63,177 nt of DNA, filler included, from Vannella sp. (GCA_023345925.1; 5 parts of 5 records of this genome joined end to end with filler, not necessarily neighbours in it); one strand, 5' to 3'; shown: positions 11,571 through 24,632, counted from the whole stretch's first letter. The notes: generated by a model not told the origin, from the sequence alone. Translations and numbers: made by a program.

Positions 11571-14500
11571 TCACTTATTCATCTCCAAGAGCTTTTTGCG
11601 TTGATAAGAAGTGATCACCTTCTTAATAGGGAAGATCCAGTCATTTTTCTCCTTGTCCGACGAACAACGGAAGAACACTTTGTCTTTCTTGTCGATTTCG
11701 AGTTCAAAACAGCTTCGTATTGCTGCTCAAAGGATGATTAGAAATACACTCATTGATCGAAGGAATGAACTTACTGGAAGTGTCGGCAATGACAACTAAC
11801 TTGCACACACTGAGATCAACCCGTCGCCGAAACTCCAAAAGATTTTTCTTTTCTCGCGCAACGATGACAATGTCATTGAAGAGGAACACCTTCATCTCTT
11901 GTGTTTTACCTCCAGACTTGAAAGCCACTTCCAGTAGCCCTTCCCTGATGAAATGGCGTGTCGGAACGATTAGGTCGATATCACAGGTGTCCAAGAGAGA
12001 ATTGATTTCAATTAGCTTTGAGGTAGCTTCTGAAACACGCTTCCGCTCATTGATAGTATCTAAGATAGCTTTGACTTTCTCCAGGCTTTGGGCGAGTTTG
12101 TCGTAATCTTCATGATAATCGGGAGTGTGCTTGAGAATGTCGGCCAACAGGAGAGGATATTTACAGATTCGTTGGGTGGGTTTGATTAAGAAAGAATTCA
12201 AGAAAAGACCGCGACATCGTGGATCTTGAGCTGCAGTCTCCAAGAATCGGGTGAGTTTCGGCTTGGCCTGAGCAGTTTCTAAAGCGGCAAACGAAACAGG
12301 CTGATTGATACAATACTCCGTGTAGATCATAAAGTAATTAATCTACAAAGGTCTCTTAGTCATGCTTCGAGAACAGACGATTAACTTACCGACTCCACAA
12401 AGACAGCACCGAGTGGAAGATCTTTCGTGGCCACAAAAGTGTCGCAGTGTTGGTAAAGACTCTTGAAGAACTCAGTGTTCACTGTGATGAGAACTTCCAG
12501 ATTGCCGAAGATTTGTTTCATTTCCATCGGCTCAAGAAGCCCTTCCGACTTTAACGGATACAAATACACTTTGGCCAGAACAGACAAGTCGTCAACATAC
12601 CCACGTTCTGTGACCAAAAACTCGTGCAGAACCTTCTGGCGATGGAGATCTGGTGCGCCAATATCAAAAGAAATGGTTGGCCAGACCATGGCTTCGACTT
12701 CGTCCAATTGCTGGTTCTCTTGGACTGGTTCTCGGGCAGTACAAATCATCTTCTTCTGTAAAGTGTTCTCGGAGAAAGTCCTCTTCAGTTTCTTCGTTGC
12801 AGAAAAGCCAACGGAGCGCACTTTAGCTCGCGCTTCTGGCGTATTGCGGGAAGAGGGAATCTCTTGCGGCTTTTGGAACGATAGTTTCGCCTCTGCCAAA
12901 GTCTCTACACTCGCAACAGGCTCTGGCCCCGTTGGAATGGGGAGAAAAGAAGGAATCTGTAAACAGGGTTCACTTTGGGCGGGTAAGAAAGGATGAGATG
13001 CAAGTAAAGTGGCCGAGTGCGGAGTCAGGGCGCGGTCTCTGATGGGATCGTGTCCTGGAGCGCCAGGCGGTTGACCTCGCCCTCTACCACGCCCTCTCCC
13101 TCTTCCTCCCCGGAGCATAGGAGGGGCACCACGGGTACTTGGTCGAGAAGACTCAGGAGAGTCTTCCGAGTCAGAATTGGCGACTGTAATTCTCCTGGGA
13201 GGCGTTGGAGCAGGTGGCTGAGGCGAGGATGGCATGCCCCCGCTGGGTGGACGAGACTGCCGACGGGGCATTGGATCTGTACTAGCAGAGGAAAATGGAG
13301 CTTCGTCAGCCTGGATAGAAGGGCGTCCTCCCCGACCCCCACGAGGAGGTCCTGCCCGCCTTCCCGCAGGCGATCCCCTTCCTCTTGCTCCATTGGGAGC
13401 GCCTCTCAGATTTGCAGAGCTGTCCGATCGAGCATTAGGTCGAGGAGCTGGCACTGGGGCTTTTTCTGTTTCAACATTCTCGGGAATACGTTCACTTCGG
13501 GCTTCTTCTTGTCGCTGTGCTACCTGGCTTTCTCTTTGTGCCCTCTCTTTCTGCTCTTGAGCGGCGCGCCGTCGATTTTCCTCTTCAGCTGCCTGCTGAG
13601 CAGCTTCCCGTTCTTTCTGCTCTTGAGCTGCTCGGCGTCTGGCATCTTCTGCCTCTTTTTCACGACGCTTGCGCTCTTGCTCAGCTATCTGCTTCTTCCT
13701 CTCTTTCTCAGCGGCCAACGCAGCGGTAACCAATTTAGCCCACTTTTTTTGGACCTTGACTCGCTTCCACCAGCATTCAATCCGTAAGACACTTCCTCGG
13801 ACAGACTCAGAAAGGAGTTTCTCCAAAAGCGCGACTTCGGCTGCCCGCATGAAGACTTTGGAGCGACCGAGAGTCCAGTCCTTGAATTCACCCGGATACT
13901 GATTTTGTATGCCCTGGAGCAGGCTTCTACATGTGGAAACTGGATCTCCCTTCATGTTCATGTTTGCCATTCCAGGCAACAGACTGAAACGGGCCAGAAA
14001 GTCTGCAAACAGGCGACGGTAAGCAAAACCGGCACGTCGGATGCGAATGGTATCCAAAAGGCCAGCACAACGCAGCTGCCGTAGCGAATAAAGTGGATCA
14101 AAGCGGTTTGCTGTAGAGGAAGCATTTGGCTTGATACAGCGAACGTAATGTTGCTCCATTTCAGTCAAAGTACCAGTCAGCGTAGCAAGTTGCCTTGAAA
14201 ATGACTGGGAGACACTAATCTTTCGTGGCCCTCTCTGTGAGCGTCCATTTGTCTCTCTGACCGGCAGAGGGAAGAGCTCAGTGATGAGTGGTTGACCAGA
14301 ATTCTGCAAGAGGGTTTCAATGTCCTCTGGCAAAGTGTCTCGGTTCTTATCCATCCAATTCTCCACTGAGTAAGTGACATAGCCAGCAAAGTGGCCAACG
14401 GAGAACTTTGTGGGGAGATTCACTTGAAAGAGATCGCGGGGCTGCTGAGCATGTTTCTCTTTCAGCTTTTCTAAAAGCTTGTTTTCAGATCCTTTGGGGA

Positions 14501-16159
14501 CTTGGCACTCTTCATCAAGCATGGGCAAAACCCCGAATGGCTTGTTCTCCACTAAATCCACGCAGCGCTGGTTGTCACTAAAAGAGACGGAATCCCAGGC
14601 AATACCCTCGGCTTGATATTCAGCTTGTTCAAAGGTGAACATGGTACGGTTGAACTGGCATTGGAGCTTCTCATTAGCAAAGTTAATCAGCATCTGCTCA
14701 AAGCTATTGTTCTCGAAGATCTCAAAGCCAAAGATGTCTAGAACGCCAATTCGCAAGTCACTTGAAGTTGCTGTGGCTCCAGATAGATGCTGATTGATTC
14801 GTTTGACTAAAAGATCAAACAATCGAGCATAAAGAGCTTTTGCGAGAGCATCTCGAGCTTCAAGAGCCTGAGGAAGCTCCAATGGAATGGAGTAAACAGA
14901 ACCTCTCCCAGCTCCTCGGAAGTCTCTTGTGACCAAGTTCTGGGCCAAAGCATAAGCAGGCAGTTTCAAAAGATCCGCAGTCATCTCTACATCGTTCTGA
15001 TCCTCCACAGCAACCCCCGGATTGGATGGCACAAAGGTAATGTTTCCCAGATGGAGCACGGCCGCCACTATCCCGAAGATATCTTCTTGTTCTCCCTCGG
15101 AGATGCCAACTTGGCTCATGGCTTTCCGAAGCTCTCGGTATTCCTCAGCATCGTTCAAACCAGGGATGCTATCACATCCAGACTGGGCGAGATAATGAAA
15201 GTCGCTCACTTTGGCATTTCCAAGGTGATAGCGAGTACGCTCTTGGGGAGTGGCACCTCGTATAAATTGGTAAAATACGTGGAAATTACGCTCTCCAGGA
15301 GCCTGGTAAGCCAGCCGGGACTTCTCCAGCAGATACGTATCAATAACAGCCCCTGAAATGGTTCCAGTGCGCGAGAACTGGACTTGAATGAACTTGCCAA
15401 AGCGAGAGGAGTTGTTGTTGCACACAGTTCGCGCATTTCCGAACGCCTCCAGCACAGGATTACTTTGAAGGATCTTCGTTTCGATGCCAGTACCACTGGT
15501 TTGGCCTGTTGGAGTGCTCACAAACGCTAAGCTCTGGAGGATAGCTTTCGCTGCTTCCGTTTTGCCTGCTCCGCTCTCTCCACTGACCAACACGGCCTGC
15601 GAAACTCGATTGCGGCGAAGGTTCTGGTAAGCCCGAACAGCAATCTGATAGATGTGCGGCTCTGGCTCACTTCCATCTGATCTAGATCCACTTGCGAGGT
15701 ACTTTGCGCTCACTTCCGGGCCGTACAACTGAGCCATCCGCTTGAAGGGATTGAGAGAGACCAGAACACTGCCTATCCGCGTCTGAACGTTCCAGAAGTC
15801 AGTAACTAACACTCACTAGACTGAAGGGGTTGACTCTTACATAGATGAGGTCGCGCTGGTAACGCTGCTGCAGGTTGTGGAGGATAACCGGCTCGTTGAG
15901 GTCGTCCATTTTCACCATGTCCGCGTAGTCCGCCAAGGAGTCATCATGGAGAGTGAGAAGATCATTCTCTCCCAGCTCTACATCTCCACGCTTCCGCTCC
16001 CCCATTAGAAGGCGATTCAAACGGCCCTCCACCTCATCCTACCTGCAAGTCACCAGGAAAGCGCACCCAATACCTTCCCGCGCCCCCAGATACAACCTCT
16101 GCCTGCGACCACCCATGGACACTCTCATTCGCCCACACGCGGTCCCCTGGGGCCCACAT
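11571..16159 (-). CDS. MyoM-type unconventional myosin: SH3-like N-terminus, motor, IQ, charged helix, Pro/Arg-rich linker, DH-PH RhoGEF tail
   Basis: [25 protein letters not shown] and HYVRCIKPN in the motor; EFLVTERGYV and LIKPTQRICKYPLLL in the DH domain; first exon MWAPGDRVW..GWSQAEVV. Architecture matches Dictyostelium MyoM. Confidence 0.9.
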
Positions 16160-16300
16160 ATGATCCTAACAAAGCACAACCGTCGCGGATGGGCAGGAAC
16201 CCAACAATGACCTTTCCCACCCAAATCCAATCATTCCTCGTGGATTAATTAATTAATGAATAAGAGGACCAATTGAATGGGCCAAAGGGTCCGGAGGAGG

Positions 16301-18442
16301 CTACCGGAAGGTGGCTCCGCGAAGGCCGGGGTTGGAGGAAGGGTGGAACTCACTGCGGAGTTTCTGGCGTTGGAAGGCTTTGATTGTGGAGCGAATGGGG
16401 CGAATCCAGTTGTTCTTTTCTTCCTCGTGAGCGCAGACGACTTGGATGACTTGGCCGGTCTCGTTGTCGGTTAATTCCCACTCAAACATGTGTTCTGTAT
16501 CAGAGTACGAGGATGAGTTGTGCGTTCGTCTCTTTGTACTCTGTTCTTCTCACCTTCTGAGTTTCCAATGCTAACGAGGCTGCATTTGTGGAGGAGAATA
16601 ATCATCTGGCTCAAGAGCCCGCCATTCTTCTTCTGTTTGGCGAGAATCAGGAGATCGTTGAATAAGAGCAGAGTCAACTGCCTCTGCTTCTCTCCTCTCT
16701 TCAGATAAACGCCTAAATTGCCTTCCATCACAAACCGGCGGGAAGGACTCAGCAAAAAGGCCGCATCGACGCCTTCTAACCGCTGGCTTAAAGTCATGAC
16801 TTTGTCGTTCGCCTCTCGCGCTCGCTTCTTTTCGTTGATTGTGTCTAACAGCTTCTTCAAATCAGAAAGAGCAGAGTCAAGGGCAGCCATATCCGGGTGC
16901 TCCGGAGGTGTATGAGATACAATGTCCTTTGGCAAAGTCAGCAAGGCATCCCCAAATACACTCAAGTGACGTTACCTGAAGTAAGAGAGGGTACTTGCAA
17001 ACCCTTTGAGTGGGTTTGATGAGATAGGAATTGAGAAATAAGCCGTTACAGCGAGGGTCAGTAGAACAGATGCGGAGGAATGCCGCGAATTTCCGATTGC
17101 TTTGAAGTTCTTCGAGGGCCTGGAAGGAATGAGGTTGCTCTATGCAGTATTCCATGTACAATTTGAAGAAAGGAACCATACTGAGCACGCATTTGCCCAG
17201 GGGAAAGTCCCTTGTGCGGCAAAAGGCGGGCAGATGCTTTTCCAAGTTCTCATAAAACGTGAGATTGACACTGACAATGCTCTCCACATTGCCAAACACA
17301 CGATGCACATCATCCGTATCCAAGATATGGTTGTTCACAATCGGGTGGAGGAAGACGTGGAGGAGAGTGTGCATGTCAGACAGATACGCGTGCTCGGATG
17401 TGATGAATTCGTACATCACTTGCTGACGGTGACTCTCTGCGGTTGCAGGGAACTTAAGTACTGGAGGCTTTCTTCCTATCAATGCACTGTGCTTGTCAAC
17501 GCTCCGGTCTCCCAGGAATTTGCCTGTCAGAGGAGGAAAGGTGTGAGAAGAAGCCGAGCCGAGGAGCGCGAACGTACCCTTCACGCGCATGGTTGCTGGT
17601 GGTGCCGATGGACGATTCGTGTTGTGAGGAGCTTGTCGTGGAGAGACGATGGCGTTGAGAGAGCGCCCATTGCCGTCTATGGGGGAGGTCGCCCTCCTCT
17701 GGAGGTGCGGGGCTACTTGCGTAGAGTTGTGGCTTGGGCTGTATTGGAGCCTTCCTCGTTGATTGGGCTTGCTCGCTGGAACGGCGGCGCGGGGAGACAC
17801 CATTCCTGCAGGAGGGCGCGGGAAGGACGTTCCGCGTGGAGACAGTGGCCCAGGGCGTGGATGAGAAGTTCCACGGGGCAACATTGCTGGAGGAGGACGT
17901 GTTTGGGAGGTGCCACGAGGAGACAATGCGCCAGGAGGAGGGCCCATCGGACGAGGAGGAGCTTCTCCTCTAGGCGAGATCCCCGTTTCTCGCGGGGAAG
18001 TCACGCGCAGGGATTGCATATCTAAGCGCATACCTCCACTTTGAACTGGAAAGCGATCTGTAGAACTGGTCTTGGACAGCGTGCCCGGAGAGGGACGAGG
18101 AGGATCTTCCCGAGGCGAAACCCCAGGAGAGCAGACGCGGAGCGATTGCATATCTAAGCGCATTCCTCCACTTTGAACTGGAAAGCGATCTGGAGCCGAA
18201 ATGGAGTTGGGCAACGCGCCTGAAGGACGAGGAGGCGGTCCCACTGTCTTTGGTACTGGAGGCGGTCCCACCGTCTTGGGCGGTGGCGCAGACTTGACAG
18301 GAGCACTTACCGGAGTAAGACTAGGTGGTGCTCTTCTACCCCTTCCCCCTCTCCCACGAGAGCTCTCCCCACCCTGTGAAGCGGAAAGCGCGCCTCGCAT
18401 CGAAAGCCTTTTCCAAATGACTTGATTCAGAAGTACGACCAT
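16301..18442 (-). CDS. DH-PH RhoGEF with Pro/Ser-rich disordered N-terminus
   Basis: EFITSEHAYL and LIKPTQRVCKYPLLL; PH motifs LFNDLLI and EKNNWI; two introns; start at 18442 or 18400. Confidence 0.88.
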
Positions 18443-18450
18443 CTCTTATT

Positions 18451-18520
18451 CATTCCTTTTCACTCCTTTTCACTCTTTTTCACTCCTTTTCACTCCTTTT
18501 CACTCCTTTTCACTCCCTTT
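18451..18520. repeat. 10-bp tandem repeat (CACTCCTTTT) x7 just upstream of the RhoGEF start
   Basis: Seven near-identical decamers are directly visible. Confidence 0.95.
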
Positions 18521-18664
18521 CTCCTTCCACAAGAGCTTGCTCGTCCCCCAGACCAACCCAAAGTGAAGAGAACCGTTCAATTTCCCCTCATTGAAGGGAG
18601 AACCTTCTTCCAAGGCGTGATTGGCGAGGAGTGGAGGAAAGCAAGAGGTTTAGCGTGGTTCGAT

Positions 18665-19858
18665 TCATTCCTCGTCTTCGCTGAGGCCTTCGTCCTCGTC
18701 CTCGTCCTCGTCACCATCTTCGTTGTCGCTCATGCTCCCGAGCGCTTGGGGGAAGGGGTGTCCAGCAAGGGCTGCCTGAAGTTCCTTGATAGCAGCGCGA
18801 CTGATTGCACTGCCATTCAACTCCAAAGCGGACAGAGTCGGTCTTTGGGCCAGCAACTCTACAAGAAGCTGGGCTCCTTCATCGTCCATCTCGTTGTAGC
18901 TGACATCGAGCTTCTCCAACAAAGGAGCACTCTTCTGCAGGCACTCCAACAGCTTCAAAGCTCCACCAGCTTCCAACGAGCAATCACCAACGTTCAGGTA
19001 ACGAAGATGGGGCAGCTTGGCGATCAGAGCCACGAGCCCGTCGACTCCCTCCGCCTTCAGAGAGTTGTCGTAGAGATCAAGCGCCTCCAGCTTGGTACAG
19101 CCCTCCAATGAGCGAAGGATACGCACCAGCCCTTCGGCAGGGATGCTATTGGAAGGAGCATGGAACTCCTTGAGGTTTGAAAGGAAGGGAAGACCGTACG
19201 AGATGGCCTCTGCTCCATCTACTTTAAAGCGGTTACGACCCACAATGAGCACCTCTAACGAGATCTCTCCGCGCGCTTCTGTGATGAAAGGGAGAGAGGG
19301 CTGATCGTCGAGGATCTCTTTGAGATCAGGGTGCTGGGCGTCTTCCGTGGTGATCGAGGGCACGCCAGACATGTTGCGGAAGGTATTAGCAAGCTCGAGA
19401 GAGCCCTGAGTACCGATACCACAGTTGTTGAGGCGGAGGATCTTGAGAGAAGGTTTCGGGAGAAGCGCGAGGACTGAACTTGTCCCTGGTCCACCCAGAG
19501 CGTTGTCAGAGGCATCAAGTGAGATGAGAGGAAGCTCATTGAGACTACTGCACAGTGTGTGGAGTGCAGGAGGAACCACAGTCTTCAGACGAGTGGTGAA
19601 CATGTCGCTACCATCGAGATACTCCAGTTGGTGGCATTGTGACAGAGCTTGTGCAATGGCCAGACAGGCTTCTTCGCTGAAAGTATTACCACCCAAGCGC
19701 ACCGCCTTCACACGACCTGCTACAAGAAGCAAAGCAGAGATCAACTCAGAACAGTCTTCTTCCGTATCAAATCGCTTTGCCTTCGCGACAGACTCGCTAG
19801 ACCAGCGATCCTCTGCGGAATAAGAATCCCAAGATGCGAAGGTGGAGTGCGCAGACAT
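18665..19858 (-). CDS. RANGAP1: Ran GTPase-activating protein (LRR + acidic tail)
   Basis: LGGNT, SDMFTTRL, DASDNALG, LNNCGIG, GRNR and LDLYDN LRR motifs of Rna1/RanGAP; acidic C-terminus. Confidence 0.9.
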   Translation of the reverse strand: MSAHSTFASWDSYSAEDRWSSESVAKAKRFDTEEDCSELISALLLVAGRVKAVRLGGNTFSEEACLAIAQALSQCHQLEYLDGSDMFTTRLKTVVPPALHTLCSSLNELPLISLDASDNALGGPGTSSVLALLPKPSLKILRLNNCGIGTQGSLELANTFRNMSGVPSITTEDAQHPDLKEILDDQPSLPFITEARGEISLEVLIVGRNRFKVDGAEAISYGLPFLSNLKEFHAPSNSIPAEGLVRILRSLEGCTKLEALDLYDNSLKAEGVDGLVALIAKLPHLRYLNVGDCSLEAGGALKLLECLQKSAPLLEKLDVSYNEMDDEGAQLLVELLAQRPTLSALELNGSAISRAAIKELQAALAGHPFPQALGSMSDNEDGDEDEDEDEGLSEDEE

Positions 19859-20050
19859 GGCTCGACCAAATGGCAGAAACTTGATCTCTCTGTGTTCGAC
19901 TCGGCTTATTTCTCAAACCGGGTTAAATCCTGGAATTGATCACACTTTGGCAATATATCGCCCATTCTGTGGACGAATCATCGTAGTCTTTAGTGAGTTT
20001 TTTCAAAAGATATTCCATTCAGAGACCAAAAAGGGCACTTTCTAACGCCC

Positions 20051-21123
20051 ATGTCGCTCACGCAGCTTCGAGTTGCTGAGGAAGGCTCTGTGCGAGAGGC
20101 TTTGGACCAGTTGCGCCATAACGAGTCTCCCATCAATTGGTGAGTGACCAGGCCACTGTCGGTCCACTAACAATGGCTCAGGGTGCTGTTTGGGTATGAA
20201 GGGAAGGAGACACTGACAATGGTGAATGCTGGCGATGGTCAGTCGATTCTACGGAAGGCATGAAGCGTGAATTCACCAAGATGGGACCTTCTAGGGGGCC
20301 TGGAGGAACTGAAAACCAACTTGTCGGAAGGAGACATCCGCTTTGCTGTGTTGGAGTGCGTCGTCACTGGAGATCACTACAACTCGGTGAAGTTCGTCCT
20401 TATCAGCTGGATTGGAGCCAACGTCGGTGCTGGTCTTGCCAAAGCCAAGGCAGCGGGACACCGAAAGGAGTTGGTGGTCTTCCTTACAGAGTCTCTGGCC
20501 ATCGCAGCCGAGTTCCAAGTTCAAAGCTTGGACGAATTGACCTCGAAAGACATCAGTGCAGCACTGACCAAGCGCGCTGCAACCTACCAAGACTCTACTG
20601 CTGTGGCAGAGAAGCGCCAAGTGATGAGTCGCTCTCACGCTGCCACTGGAGACCGTTCCAAGTCGCAATTGACCATCATAGATGAAGATCGCATCGCTGA
20701 GTCCCTCCGTGAAGTGCACGCGGGCAAGCTGGACTGGGTTCACATCTCCTACGCTCCCGGGACCAAAGACCAAGTGACATTGGTTGGCTCTGGGAAGGGC
20801 GGACTGGAAGGACTCAAGCCTCAGCTGGCCAGCAACTGCATCTCCTTCTGCGTAGTGACCTTCCAGATTCCAGAGACGACCAATGTCATGACCAAGTACG
20901 TGCTCCTCACGTGGGTACCGGAAGCCACCCCTCCCTTGCAGAAGGCGCGCTCTGGCGCTCATCGGTCAGAGCTTGCGGACTGGATTATTGTAAGTCCTTG
21001 GCCTACCTTGGCACCCCGCTAACCAGAGGGTTGCAGCGCATCTTGCCTTTCCATTCTCACTACCAAGCCAACAGTTTGGATGACTTGACCGAGGAGGGCG
21101 TTCTCTTCAAGCTCCGCAACTAA
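20051..21123 (+). CDS. Coactosin-like protein with two ADF-H domains (spliced)
   Basis: INW/VLFGY, GGLEEL and KFVLISWIG; second copy DWVHISY..GGLEGL..KYVLLTWVPE..KARSGAHR. Confidence 0.85.
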
Positions 21124-21323
21124 CAACGCTTCCATCCTCTACAGACTACCAACAGCTTAGCATGATCAGAACCTTTCTAGACATTCAACGAACGCTCCGG
21201 TTTGGAAGGAGAATCTCCTTTCTGAGCGGCACCAATGGGAAGGGCAGTTCTCTTGCTAGCTGCCAATGGGAAGAGAGTCTCCTCTTTGGGTCCCTTTGGC
21301 ACATTCAGAACGTTCATTTCGAG

Positions 21324-23006
21324 ATGGCCACGGTGACTTTGGCGCAAGCGGGTGGGTTCCTCGAGGGCGAGATGAGGATGGGGCTGATTCTGGGTGGGTA
21401 GTGGAGCAAGTAAGCTCGTCTCTGTCGGAGGGAGTGTCCAAGTTCACGCTGTTCGTGGTGACGATGAAGGCGCGTCAATCGCCAGCTCCTCCCGGGTTGT
21501 TGGGGGCTTCGGAGCAGATTGGGTTGCAGTGTGGGCAACTGGCTGACATTGCCACTTCCCTCGCTCAAGGATACGCTGACTTTCCCTCCATACAAGCTCG
21601 TATCCAGTCCGAAGCGGCCGGTTTGGACTCCTCTCAAAAGAACCTCGTCTCCACCGTCCAGTCCATGGCAGGTACGGCCTCTCCCTCGGTTCACTACATC
21701 ATAGTGTAACAATACACCATTCCAGGGTCGGAGGGCTCCTCCCAGCTCAAGGACAGCTGGGAAAGAGTGAGCAGCTCTTGCAGGGAGATCGCCAACGCCG
21801 TGATAACGCTTCTGGAGATCCTTTACCAAGCAGAAGTTGAGCGAATCGTCCTCACGGAGCAGAAGGCTCAGCAAGCAGTCGCCTCTGCTGCTTCCTTTAC
21901 TCCAGAACAAGTCGATTCGGATCAGCAAGCCTTCGCAGACGCTGCGTCTGACTCTGCCACGTATCTGAACCATCTCGCTCAGTTCCTGTCTCAAAGAGCA
22001 AGCGGAGAAGAGTCCAGCCACCACGAAGAGCTGAATGCCACAGCTCAAACCCTTCTAGGGTTAGCAGACGACCTCATTAACCAGGCCAATGAGTGCATGG
22101 ACGAGCCAGAAGACGCCGAACGTCTCGCTGTCTTTAAGAAAATGAACCAAAGCGCCGGTGCGCAAGCCGCTGTGATTGTTAATCGCATTCGAGAACTGGA
22201 AGAGACTCGTTCTTTGGCTCGGATTCCGGAACCTTCCATTGCGAAAGCTCCGGTACTCGCCATGCACTCTCCAGTGGTTCCTTTGGAGAGAGTGACATCT
22301 GTGACCAACGCTCCAGCAGCGCCAGTATCCCCCGCTCAACCACCCAAAGGTCCAATTGCGCCGATTCCAGTGGCCAAGAGTGCCGTGAATCCTCCCCAAA
22401 CGGTAGCGGCTCCCAAGCCTACATCTAGAGCTGTGGTACCTCCTTCGAAATCGTCTCGTCCTCCAGGAAAGGGAGCCAAACAAGCGGCCAATATGGCCGA
22501 TGTTGTGGACTTGGCCAGGGATTTGGCATCGGAAAGCCAAGTGAGTAGCAAGTGTAATGCACTCAGCGATAACTTATCAAAGAGCAGGGGAATGCGATGA
22601 TGAGTGGCTCGAATGAGTTGCTAAGAGAGTTAGAAGCTCTTTCGAACGCTGCCAAGTTAGGCGATGGCCAGGCACTGCTGACTAGTGCCAGAGCTGTGGC
22701 TGAAATCTCAGCGAGATTTGCTCAGGAAGTCCGCACTGCTTCGCAGGGATGCACTAATGTGGGAGCCAAGGATGAGTTAGTTCTTGTTCCCATCCAAGTC
22801 CATTTCTGACTCCTTTTAGTTTACTCCAGGATACCAAGTTGCTTCGAGACATGTGCACTCAACTGAAGATTCTCGCGTCTGTGAAGGCGTCCATGGCCGG
22901 AGAGGGAATGGACAAGGACGAGCAATTGATCTATTTGACCAAGAACCTCGTCCAGACTTGGCAGAACACCGGACACCACTTGCAAGTCGCCAATCTCAAA
23001 CGCTGA
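21324..23006 (+). CDS. Short vinculin/alpha-catenin family protein (helical head, Pro-rich linker, vinculin tail)
   Basis: Spliced C-terminus GNAMMSGSNELL..TQLKILASVKAS..LTKNLVQT resembles the vinculin-tail TQLKILSTVKAT segment; Pro-rich linker at about 22220-22480. Confidence 0.75.
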
Positions 23007-23052
23007 TTGCTCTAAGCAATACCAAAGCCAATCACGCAAGGCCCAATGAAGT

Positions 23053-24544
23053 TTATGACTGGACTTGGCTTAGTTTGTTGGGAAGAGTGCATTTCTTCTT
23101 CTTGACACAATAACAGCAGTTCCAGGTTGGGGCGTGGTCACTCAGATACTTGGCAATATCATGGCCTTTGTGGCATTCACTAGCGCACGAGCTGCAGACC
23201 CCTGAAGACAGTGAGATTATGTGATGGAAGGGAGCGAAGGGAAAACACTCACAATTGATGTTGCAGTTCTTGCAGGTAAAGTAGTCCGTCTTATCACCTT
23301 TCTGGAACTCAGCAGTAAAGCAAGTCTTTGGCTTTTCACTTTCAAGAACCAAAGTTCCTGTGATTGTTAACTGTGACCCTTGGACAGCTCCAAATTGAAC
23401 CAACGGCAACTTCAAATCAGTCACTGGCACCGGTTCCTCTCCACTCAATGGACTGCAGTGAAGGTCACTCAGTCAGTAGGAGGAATAGTAAGCCCAGGAA
23501 CCTTCACGTACTCTGCAATGGTGTAAGTGGAAGCTCCCCAATGGGACACAGGATCTCCCATTTCAGCCAGTCGGCGCTCAATCGTCGGACGGATATCTTC
23601 CAGAGAGTCTGTTCGAGAAACAGAAACGTTCCTCAGTAGAGTCCCTTTCGGAAGGATCTCAACAGCAATCACGACGGGCAGAAACTCTTTTGCGGGTGCA
23701 AAGTCCATCATATACTTGTCATACACTTCCAGAAGGAGCTTCACGCTCTCCTCAAAGCTACTTTGGAGAACGGTTATCTTCTTGTTGCACTCCTCCTGGA
23801 TCTGTTTGGCTTTGCTATCGAATCGGCCTTGCACTTGGGCGACATTCTTTGTGGATGCCCCACCTGCCATATCTGTGAGTTGCAAGATGATACACGTACG
23901 ACTCTACACACGAGCAATCCTCCTCTTTTGCTTAGCCAGCTTGTCAGAGCGTTCGCTGAGCTTTTCTGTGGATTGGGCTTGAATTGCGTCACATTGGGCT
24001 TGGAACTTGGCCGCTATCTCTTGATAGTACTCTTCGTAGTTGATGAGGGACCGTTTCATGTGCTTATGGAAGATCCCTTCGATAGGAGAGAACTCCGCTT
24101 GACGCGCATCAATCCGAATCTCCCCGCTCTGGAGGAGGTCTGGTTTCATGATAAGACGATCAAAATACGCCTTCGAAGCAACCTTCTTCTCTACTGTAAC
24201 GATCTCTGTCCGCTCTCTATCAGCAGAGGGCTTCCAGGAAGGTTGGAGAGTGGCTCACCAAGAAGCTTGTCAAAGTGATGGTTCCGCACGAGTTGCTCTT
24301 TTGTGGTGGCCTTGTTGCAGCAAGGGCACTTGTGTTTCAAGTTGAAGCACTCTTCAATGCAGCCTGCACAGAAGTTGTGTCCACAAGGAGTCATCATGCA
24401 TTGGACCACCGGCCCGTAGCAGATGGGACAGCAGAACTCTTCGTAGATGGCTCTCAACTATCACTGGTCAGCAAATGCACCACCTGCCTCACCGCCCTGC
24501 CTCACTGGGATGTTCAATGCCAACTCAGGGTCGTCGTCCGCCAT
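23053..24544 (-). CDS. RING-finger E3 ligase with coiled coil and C-terminal UBR-box-like zinc finger (spliced)
   Basis: C3HC4 RING CPIC..PCGHNFCAGC..CPCC; C-terminal CKNC..CSSCASECHKGH..CCYC. Confidence 0.8.
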
Positions 24545-24568
24545 CCGAACACAGAGAATGAACTTTCG

Positions 24569-24632
24569 CATTTCCCCTTTACATTTCCCTGCATTTCCCC
24601 TTTACATTTCCCTGCATTTCCCTCATTTCCCC
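24569..24632. repeat. CATTTCCC-based tandem repeat (about 6 units, with a 23-bp higher-order duplication)
   Basis: CATTTCCCCTTTACATTTCCCTG occurs twice, followed by further CATTTCCC units. Confidence 0.85.

Noticed and set aside
16245..16256. TTAATTAATTAA without flanking Ns, as a hidden contig join
   Set aside because: It lacks the N44 flanks, lies in an AT-rich 3' region 44 bp past a stop, and separates two paralogous genes. It is probably native, though read mapping is needed to be sure.
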